DNA of 64,000 bases from Eledone cirrhosa. Lineage: Eukaryota. The translations under genes and the position numbers were made by a program. The notes below the pieces were generated by a model. That model searched no databases. It was not told the DNA's origin and saw only the letters and a program-made list of their open reading frames with translations. This document shows, one piece after another, positions 53,778-64,000 of this stretch; position 1 is the first letter of the stretch; every line of letters begins with the position of its first letter. The stretch spans positions 992,001 to 1,056,000 of the forward strand of contig OZ024754.1 in the NCBI GenBank assembly GCA_964016885.1, in the 5' to 3' direction.

Positions 53778-54760
53778 CTTCCTTTATTAACCACGAGGGT
53801 TTACATAAAGTAGACATTAAGGACAGTACAGGACAATGCAGGACGTGTACAATGGGCATTCTGCGTGTAAAAAAAAACAAAAAACAGAGGATGTAACAAA
53901 AAAATAACAATAAAAAATTCCCCCCCCCCAATAGGGAGGAGACTTCCGAGGGACATTTGTGGGGAGAAAGCCCATTAAAAAGGCCACAGTGACCCTGACC
54001 ACTCAGGACATGTGCCCTCTCCCAGATTTCCACCTTTAATTTACGGACACATACTCAGAGTAGGCCCATTCACTCGGGCCATACTTGCTTATCTCTCTCA
54101 CCCATCTTTCCCAACAAAATGCTGGGAAGAGAGCACTTCCCTCTCTACCTGATTTTCCTTTTCAATGAAATTTGAAAAAGTTAATCAGGGCATCACCGAA
54201 GAGGTAAGTGCTCGTCTTCAGTCCTTTTCAAACGTGTCCACCATACTATCTCTTTCCCGGCTAAAGGAAGAGGGGCGGGGCAATCCCTCACGATGGATCT
54301 CAGCTAATAGCTGGATCCATCCTACACGCGACAGCAGGTGTTCGACATAAACCCACAAGTCAGCAATGCTCGGACACTGGACGAGTGCGTGCAGGACGGT
54401 TTCGTCGCCCTGCGCGCATCTCGGACATGCCCGGCTGACGGCACCTCCATGCCTGTAGAGTTATATCCCGAACTGGCAAAGCTCCTCGGTAGCACTGCCA
54501 GGCCAGGGACTTCTGGGAAGTTGTCCATAGGCCCCGGCCCGAAAGTTCTTCCGAAGGAGATTGGCTAGTTGATTTTTCGTCGACGCCTAGAGTTTTCCCC
54601 CCCCCCCCCCCCCCCCAAGTACGTCGTCGCTTTTCTCCTCCACTAATCCTCTATAGAACGCCAAGGTGGAGTTTCCACCGATCACATTGCCCGATTGGTC
54701 GAGGGCTGTGAGCGCCTGAAGACATTCCAGTCTCCATGCCGCTCCCTCTCGCTTTTCGCT
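53776..54760 (-). mobile_element. Tx1/L1-like LINE 3' fragment flanked by (TAA)n
   Basis: CPRCAQGDETVLHALVQCPSIADLW Zn knuckle; (TAA)n at 53738-53775 and 54761-54778. Confidence 0.7.
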
Positions 54761-54771
54761 ATAATAATAAT

Positions 54772-54830
<59 letters not shown>

Positions 54831-54911
54831 TACATATATATATTTATAGATATATGGTTATATATGGATATATACATACATACACCCACACACCCAAATA
54901 CATACCCCCCT

Positions 54912-54984
<73 letters not shown>

Positions 54985-55191
54985 TATATATACAGGGTGT
55001 ATGAAAAAAGTCTATAATTTTGAAACACATGACCATATAATTCCGCGACAAGTAGTGCAAATACATGACCGAATATAAAGTTTTATTGTTTTTTTCGATG
55101 ATTTTTTTTTGCTACTTCATGTGTGTATATATATATATATACATATATACATACACACACACGCGCACGCGCACACACACACACACACACG

Positions 55192-55282
<91 letters not shown>

Positions 55283-55430
55283 TAAAGTGTTAAACGATAT
55301 TCAATGATTATGTCAAAGAATGACTTTTACAGTAGATTGGAAGCACTCTACGATTAAAATAATTTTCCGGAGTTATTAATATTAAAATATAAATATTAAT
55401 AAAATAGATGTTCTTTTGATCAATTACATT

Positions 55431-55477
55431 TTATTATACATATTTCGGATGTACAACACTATGTCCTCTTCAGACAA
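55431..55477 (-). ncRNA. Minimal hammerhead motif
   Basis: ttgt-CTGAAGA-gga...tcc-GAAA-tatgta-TA-ataa. Confidence 0.55.
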
Positions 55478-55584
55478 AATATAATGATACATGACATACC
55501 CTGAGATGTTAAATGGTTAAGATTTAATCAAGGTAGTCTATATATATATGGCTGGATAAGCCTAGAAGCCTTTTCTATATTAAA

Positions 55585-55669
<85 letters not shown>

Positions 55670-55699
55670 TTATATATGTATAGTGTTAAAAAACCGCGA

Positions 55700-55820
55700 A
55701 GTTATATCCGTAGTAAGCAGAGCACTCAGTCCAGAGGACGAGTTCGGTTTAGACTTGGACCCACAAGTTAGCAAACCATACTCGTGGGCGCGCATTTCAC
55801 CGAGCGGATTTTCAACAGTG
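55700..55820 (-). mobile_element. pLTR relic related to 25516-25635, with a decayed hammerhead
   Basis: atatccgtagt...agagcactcagtcca...ggacgagtt matches the 25590-25635 segment; minus-strand ttgaaaa-tccgctcggt-gaaa. Confidence 0.5.
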
Positions 55821-56012
55821 GTGATGGTGATGATAATCAGGTGGGGTCACCATAAAGCTTTTACTGGATGCCCTCTGGGGTAAATTGTAATTTATAGCTC
55901 TCTTTTTAATAGAAATAATAATGCTTCATTTTTCCTGTTGCCCAGTTTTGACTAAATTATATTGTTTAATGCTTTTTACTGTTAATTAAATGAAATTAAA
56001 AACTAATTTCAA

Positions 56013-56390
56013 GCTTGTCCGGTCGCTTTCTCTTTGTACCAGTCGCCGTCGAGACCTCAGGCATCCTCGGAATCCGGAGTGCTGACTTCCTTCGTAAAAT
56101 CAGATCGAAGGCAGCCGGCATGAGGAAGGAGCCCCGCATAGTGGGGTAGCTGTTGCAGCGTGTGTCGCTGGCCATTGTTCGCGGAAATGTATTTGCCATT
56201 TTGTCAGCAAGGCGCAGCCAAAACACCGCCCTGACCTAGATGTCTGTCCCCCTATCCCCTTCCACCTTTCTTTCTTCCTTTGACTAGTAGTCCTTGCTCT
56301 CCACCGTCACCTTTTCTTCTCATTTATGGCATTTATAGTCCTTTACAATATTGTTTTATTTTTCTGTAAAAGATTTTTATACAAATATAT
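56013..56390 (+). mobile_element. CRE-clade non-LTR 3' end (RLE C-terminus plus 3' UTR)
   Basis: FVPVAVETSGILG..ADFLRKI...LLQRVSLAIVRGNVFAIL, one in-frame stop; ends in short (TA)n. Confidence 0.7.
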
Positions 56391-56436
56391 ATATATAGCA
56401 TCTCTGTCTGGTTCTCTTAGTCGCTTTCCCGTCGTA

Positions 56437-56506
<70 letters not shown>

Positions 56507-56509
56507 AAG

Positions 56510-56818
56510 ACCTTCACGAATGACCATGGGATTTGCACCTAGAAAGTTCCCCTACAAGGCGTAAGTCCGGACAAGGTTGTTTGTGGAAGACCAGCAATCG
56601 CTCATGCATACCTACTCTACCCGCTCCACGCAACCGATGTTGTCGAAAGGAAAGGCATTGGCCGATACAGATTGACACCAGTTACGTCGCAACACATTTC
56701 TACAGCTGAGTGAACTGGGGTAACGTGAAATAAAGTGTCAACGCAAAGCCCGGTCCGAGAATCCAACTTACAACCTCATGATTGTAAGCCCGATGCTCCA
56801 ACCACTAAGCCATGCGTC
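56510..56818 (-). mobile_element. SINE family 2, near full length
   Basis: tRNA-like head on the minus strand (gcatggcttagtggttggagcatcggg...); (TG)n at its tail. Confidence 0.75.
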
Positions 56819-57065
56819 TTATATATGACACTTAACACCCACACACGTGCAAACGTATCATAATATGCAGCCTACCTATACACACTCACCCACTGCACGT
56901 CTGCCACCCTCACTCGAACCCCCACATCAGCACAACGGTCCAACCCCGACTCACCACTTCTCTCCCCTCCTCTTCGTTTTATTTTTTTATTTTATTTCTT
57001 ATTTTATTTTGACAGCATTCTTATTTTTTTAATTTATTTTCTTTGCACTTTTCCTTTAGTATTTT

Positions 57066-57097
57066 TCCTGATGAAGGGCAAAAGCCCAATACGTTGA
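57066..57097 (+). ncRNA. Decayed hammerhead in a pLTR relic
   Basis: CTGATGA-a-gggc(aaaa)gccc-AATA-cg-TT; GAAA is mutated. Confidence 0.45.
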
Positions 57098-57435
57098 CTA
57101 TGTAACCCATTCTTCTTCCCCCAAGCGTGAAACTAATACAATTAATGTTATTGCAAACTCTTGTTAGTTCGTTTCTTGTTTCCCTGATATATATATGTAT
57201 TACTGGTATGTTTTCCACGTCCCTAAGTGCCATATTTTTAAAAATTTGTTTGTACGTTCCGAAGAACACGTATATCTATTAATTGAAATATTGAGGTCGC
57301 TGCTACCATTACTACTATCATTACCACCATCACCATTGTCGTCATTGTTGCCATTGGCATTATTACAGATATAGTTTTGCGACACGGTGTTATTTCTGTG
57401 GTTCCTATTATGGCTCCTTCTACTGCTGTTGTTAC

Positions 57436-58342
57436 ACCTACCTTAGCCGATCTTATAGCACTTAGTAACCATAGGAAGCTCACTAGCATCAAGCCATCTT
57501 GTAATGCCAACATTGGAACGTCTGGCCACCATATTAACCATAACAATACCGATAGCCATAATAGCAATAATAGCAATTATACGTCTGGCCACCTTAATAA
57601 CCATAACAATACCGATAGCCATACTAGCAATTATAGAAACCAAGATAATAATCATAGTAATAACAATAATATCAACAATATCAACACCATAGAGACTAAC
57701 CGCAGCTTTAATAGTGGAACTGGCGACCAGGGTAGGAACCATTGCAGCGATAACAACAGCAGTAGAAGGAGCCATAATAGGAACAACAGAAATAACACCA
57801 TGTCGCAAAACTATATCTATAATAATGCTAACAGCAACAATGGAGACAGTGGTAATGATAGTAGTAATGATAGCAGCGGACCTCACCACATTAGAAATAG
57901 CAACAAAAAGTATTGCAATTGCCGAAACCCCAACAACTGTCCGCTCCAGGGTCACTGCTTGATTAGAAACGTAATCTACAAATGCACAGTGACGAGTAAG
58001 AATATCACTAGGTCTTACATAGGAGCCACTTCTAATGAGTTCAAGACTAGATTTAGATCGCATCTCCACTCTTTTAGAAATAAGAAACCCAGATTCTCTG
58101 CCTCCCCTGCTAATTATATTACACTATTAATTGAATCTAACATTAACTACACCACACAATGGGGAATAGTAGATCAAGCAACGCCATACAACTTTAGGAA
58201 AAATTGCCAGCTGTGCCTAATGGAAACATATTATATAGTAATCTTACCCCATGAAGTCATTAATAGTCAAGCTGAGACGGTCATAAATTGCAACCACAGA
58301 TTGCAGCACTCGTTCTACAAGTGGTCTTTAGAACAGCAATAA
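57436..58342 (+). CDS. Naiad-type PLE C-terminal ORF: Asn-rich linker, CxCx5C motif and intact GIY-YIG endonuclease, no RT
   Basis: CNCRNPNNCPLQGHCL, VIYKC, YIGATSNEFKTRFRSH, CQLCLME, INCNH; the apparent start at 57377 lies in an inverted duplicate. Confidence 0.8.
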
Positions 58343-58699
58343 CATCCTATCCCGCAGCTATCTACATCGCACCACCATTTAGTCCACCTGCAACAAGTAG
58401 GCCTAAGTACAGTGTTTAATGACGCTATTAACCAGCCACCTGATTTTACCTCAGAACTGCCCATCACATACTGAGTTAGGCTCACCCTGCTAAATCACCC
58501 TTTTAGCTGGGATATACTAAAAAACTTTTAGGGTAATTTACTGCCTAACACCGTGCAGTTGCCTTCCTTAGTGGATAATGCCCCTTTCACCGGCGCCATT
58601 ATTATTATTTTTTCGCCTACCATGCAAGGAGACGTTAACCTGAAGGAATGATTCTCAACGGTATTTATACTTATTGATGACATTATATAATCAATTATA

Positions 58700-58736
58700 T
58701 CTCCGAGGATCCCATGTGGGCGAAACATGCGTAAGA
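58700..58736 (+). ncRNA. Hammerhead in the 3' pLTR of the 57436 element (U4C variant)
   Basis: tct-CCGAGGA-tcccatgtgggc-GAAA-catgcg-TA-aga. Confidence 0.6.
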
Positions 58737-58964
58737 GTTATATAAAGAACTTGTTTTAACGGCTTGTAACTCCTTCATTCATTCATTTGCTTATTCCTTC
58801 TCTCCTTGAACAATAGAATAAATATTAAATCTTCTCTAATATTTAACTCTGCTAACCCAAGCTTTGAGCACACCCTGCTCGGCTATTGGCATTTAGTAAT
58901 CTGTATCGCACTTCTCTGTATCTCTCTGTTTCCTCCTCTCCTACGATACTTATACCCTATTATC

Positions 58965-59015
<51 letters not shown>

Positions 59016-59179
59016 GTTCAAGAGTAACCAATCTTAAAGAGAGAGATAGAGATAGGAGAGGAGAGATTGGTGAATTAGTTAGAAGCCAAAGCGTAAAGGC
59101 ATGTGCTCAATGTGCAATATGCAGTGGAAGGCAGCTAGGTGGCTGGGTTCATGCAGAGGTTAGGTGCGCAGAGTTGGAA

Positions 59180-59925
59180 ATATTCATTAGTTAAGCAAAA
59201 CAAGACCACAAATTTCACAAGGAAGACATTATTAAAAGATTGTCAACATATTTTAGTTTGATGTAAGGAATGTAGAAAATAATAATAATATTAATAATAA
59301 TCATGTCCGTTTACAATTGTTTCGCTACTCCATATAATATTTCTGGATCAAATGATTATATATAATTATTGATCTGGTTCAGTTGAAAATAATTAACATA
59401 GTGAAATACCAACATATGGAACATTACATTTATGTAACATTCTTCCTTATTTTAATTTATATTCCTTTTGAAGTTCCGGTGAGCTGCTCTATTGTTACCT
59501 ATGTTAATTATTTTCAACTGAACCAGATCTATAATGATATATAATCATTTGATCCAGAAATATTATATGGAGTAGCGAAACAATTGTAAACGGACATTAT
59601 TATTATTAATATTATAAGGGCGGTGGATTGGCAGTATTGGTAGAGGGTCGGACACCATGCTTTGACGCATAGAGTTACGACCCTTGTCATTCTGAGTTCA
59701 AATCCCGCCGAGGTTAAATTTGCCTTTCATCCTTACGGGGTCGATAAAATAAAGTACCAGTAATACACTGGATAATTGCTGGCTTGTGCCTAACGTAGAA
59801 ACAATTATTATTAATATTATTATTATTCTCTACATTCCTTACATCAAACTAAAATATGTTGACAATCTTTTAATAATGTCTTCCTTGTGAAATTTGTGGT
59901 CTTGTTTTGCTTAACTAATGAATAT
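59180..59925. mobile_element. Fold-back element E (about 220-bp arms) with a decayed hammerhead (59473-59591) and a SINE in the right arm
   Basis: 59180-59401 versus 59499-59925 are inverted; gtt-CCGGTGA-gctgctct...ggagtagc-GAAA-caattg-TA-aac. Confidence 0.8.
59616..59803 (+). mobile_element. SINE family 1 with 17-bp TSD
   Basis: TSD attattattaatattat at 59599-59615 and 59804-59820. Confidence 0.9.
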
Positions 59926-60003
59926 ATATATATATATATATTCATTAGTTATATGCCGTTAAGAGTGAAAGCAGCGATTCTTTGCTTAAACTTTAATCTG
60001 TTA

Positions 60004-60109
<106 letters not shown>

Positions 60110-60211
60110 TAACAGATTAAAGTTTAAGCAAAGAATCGCTGCTTTCACTCTTAACGGGATATTTGATATATCGAGCCCTCTTTGGATTTTAGTCTTCAAA
60201 TTTATTATTAT

Positions 60212-60779
<568 letters not shown>

Positions 60780-62292
60780 ACACACATATACACACATATA
60801 GACACATATGTACATATATACACACATATACACACATATGCACATATATGCACGCATATACACATATATGCACATATATACATGTGTTTCTGATATACAC
60901 ACATATACACACATATAGCCACATATACACATATACTTACATATATACACATATATATATACATATTTACATGTGCTTTTGATATACGCACATATACACG
61001 CATATACATGTGTCTCTGATATATACACATATACATTGATCTAATGTTGCCTTTGTATACATACATATACTCATATACACACATATACACACATATACAC
61101 ATATTTCAGATATACACACATATACACGTGTTTCTGAGGGTGTTTATATATGCTTGATTCGTTAAGGAAGTCGCTTAGCAACCAGTTGGTTCGGGGTTCA
61201 GTCGTGCTGCATAGCACATTGGGAAAGTGTCCTCTAGTCCAGACATAGCTTAGAGCTGACCAATACCATCTTTGTGGAAGTTGGAAAAGGAAAACTACCG
61301 AAGCCCTTTGTATGTGTGTGCGTCTTTGTTTATTTCCAGTAACTTAGAGATTCGACAAAAAAGAAATCAATAAAATATATTCTAGGCCTGAGAGAGTATG
61401 TGCAAATAAATCAAAGTAGTGCCCCAGTATACCCGCAGTCTACTAACTGAAACAAGTAAACGAACTTTCGTTCTTTTACTAGTTTCATTCAGTAGACGAG
61501 CCATACGGGGTGACTAACTTGATATAGTTGTTTATATCAACCCCAGTACTTACTTTTTTCAATTCAGGTACAGGTATTATATCGATCCCTTTCGTGTCGA
61601 ACAACTAAGTCACGGATACAAATAAGTTATATGGACACACAAGACGGGAAATGCTTAAGTCTAATTTGTTGATAGCGAAGATCAACAAACACTGATATTT
61701 GAACAACACACACATATATTATATACACCCCAGAAGAAGCATGGTATTGTATGAGAGTATTTGGTATCAATTTGAATAAAAATTTGTTTGTTTAATTTCG
61801 CTAAACAACTCCCACATATGACAAAAAATTAAAAATAGTAGCTTCAAATAAAAAAAAGTAAAGAAAATTTTTTTTTTATTCTAGCTGCATGAAAATCAGG
61901 ATCTTCGCTAAAATTAAAACCCAACCATCCATTCAAAAATACACGCACGCATCCTTTTGCACGTAGAGTATATTACTTTCAGATGAAAGTAGCATAGGAA
62001 AGATAAAGTTCACACTTGATATTAGAGTTTAACCGAATGGCACGTAACTAACAATCGAAATGGGAATTGTGTGAATGGATTTTAATCATTCTATTCATAA
62101 AATTATTGAACCGAATTAAGATCAGAAACAACTGTCTATTTATAATTCTGTACAAGAATTGGTAGTCTGAATTTCTTTTTAAACGGATAAAGGAAGACAT
62201 GTTTTCGTAATTACGTAGTGGTCTCGCGTTCAGTCCTGCTGCTACATGGGCGAGATGTTTTACTATAGCCTTCGATTGTTATATGTATGTAT

Positions 62293-63286
62293 GGGGTCGG
62301 TGAGACATATGCAAGAAGACAAAGGTAAAGGTGTACAGGGCATGTGTGCTCTCTTCTCTTCTTTATGCCTGCGAGACCTGGGTCACATATCGACACCACC
62401 CTAAACAATTGGAACGTTTCCATCAGATGTGTCTCAGACGGATACATGGCGTTCACTGGAGGGACCACATCAGTGATGTCGAGATTTTGGAAAGCTCTCT
62501 GTGTGATAGTATAGAAGTTCTTGTGCTTAAGCAAAGACTCCGATGGAGTGGTCACCTTGCCAGGATGACGAATTCTAAAATACCAAAATAACTCTTTTAT
62601 GGAGAGTTAGTTAAAGGAAAACGACCTCCACATGAGCCAAAAAAGAGGTATAAGGATTCGTTGAAAGCCTCTTTGAAAGACACTAACATCTCTGCTGATA
62701 CATGGGAAAGCGTAGCTGCTGATCGTAATAAATGGAGAAAGACTGTACACGAGGGGAAAGTTGCTTTTGAGGCATCTTGAATCGCATACAAGAAAGTAAA
62801 AAGGGGTGTGAGGAAAGGCATTGCTGTTGCATTTCCAGACATCGAAGGTCCTCCTATGGCGCTGACCCTATGGCGCTGACATGCAGGGTCTGTGCGAGAC
62901 TCTGTCTCAGCAAAGCTGGACTCGAAAGTAATCTTCGCAGTCATAAAGTGAGACCAGTGGTTGACTACCAGGCTGCTGTCGAAGATGCTACTCATCATGC
63001 CTGTCAAGCATGTGGAAAAGAATGTAGATCAGCAGGAGGGTTCAAAGGACATGCAAAAGTACATGAAATCCAACCACAGCCGGCTATTGCCAGTGAATGT
63101 TTTGGTTGCCAATTCTGTGCAAGACATTTTACATAATTGGCTGGGTTAAAAAACCACATTCGATCGCAGCACCATTATTGTTAATATATATGTGTATATA
63201 TGTATGTGTGTGTGTGTATGTATATATGTGTGTGTGTGTATGTGTATATATATATATATGTGTGTGTGTGTATATATATATATCTA

Positions 63287-63357
<71 letters not shown>

Positions 63358-63385
63358 GTATTTATTATTATTATTATTATTATTA
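62293..63385 (+). mobile_element. Older RTE-BovB-like copy with microsatellite 3' UTR
   Basis: TKVKVYRACVLSSLLYACETWVTYRHH...; stops and a small duplication; short (TATG)n at the 5' junction. Confidence 0.88.
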
Positions 63386-63389
63386 TTGT

Positions 63390-64000
63390 TCTTTGAGTCT
63401 CAGTCGTTGATGTTATTTAACTTGAAAGTTTGTTGAAATTAATATCAAGCCCTACCTGCAGCCTCAGATATTCAGGACGTATTGGAGAGTTCTTTCTGTT
63501 CCCAGCAAGCATACTCTTTGAAGTGTTCCAAAAAGCGGGGCTGGACTAATTTTCTTTAACCATCCTTGGAAACTCTTTGAGATAGTACCTAGTGCGCCTA
63601 TGACAATCGGGACGACTCTGACTTCATGGCAGTTCCAAATCCCTTTTACCTCCCACTTTAAGTCCTGGTATCGGTTAATTTTCTCCCTCTCCTTCTCTTA
63701 TTATTATTATTATTATTGTTATTATTATTGTTCTTTGAGTCTCAGTCATTGATGTTTTTTAACTGGAAAGTTTATTCAAATGAACATCAAGCCGCTACCT
63801 GCAGCTTCAGATATTTAGGACGTATCGGAGGGTTCTTGCAAGCATGCCTTTTGAAGTGTTCCAAAAACGGGGCTGGACTAATCTTCTTTGACCATCCTTG
63901 AAAACTCTTTGAGATAGTACCTAGTGCTCCTATGACAATCAGGACGACCTTGATCTCATGACAGTCACAAATCATTTTTAACTCCCACTTTAAATCCTGG
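63390..64000 (-). mobile_element. Two tandem Dong 3'-end fragments (63390-63697 and 63730-64000+), each bordered by (TAA)n
   Basis: Both match 37900-38210 ([13 protein letters not shown]...[14 protein letters not shown]). Confidence 0.85.

Overview
AT-rich, microsatellite-dense eukaryotic DNA; the SINE, LINE and microsatellite make-up suggests a cephalopod such as Octopus (inference). I find no host protein-coding gene, no rRNA or true tRNA gene and no CRISPR array. Almost everything recognisable is mobile-element derived: several R4/Dong-type RLE non-LTR families (one copy keeps a 1.8-kb open RT-RLE frame), an RTE-BovB-like family with three C-terminal C2H2 fingers, Tx1/L1-like and CRE fragments, Penelope-like elements (Naiad-, Neptune- and Poseidon-type), tRNA-head SINEs, a hAT MITE, a duplicated 1.5-kb long-TIR unit and a 31-bp minisatellite. 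The most striking signal is about a dozen minimal type-I hammerhead ribozyme motifs. Many sit inside non-coding fold-back (palindromic) elements next to (TA)n, and the inversion points repeatedly fall at ribozyme stem II or remove the catalytic core. A second theme is a microsatellite relay: RTE copies carry (TTA)n and (ATGT)n tracts that R4/Dong elements appear to use as targets. All calls come from reading the sequence by eye; no searches or folding programs were run.
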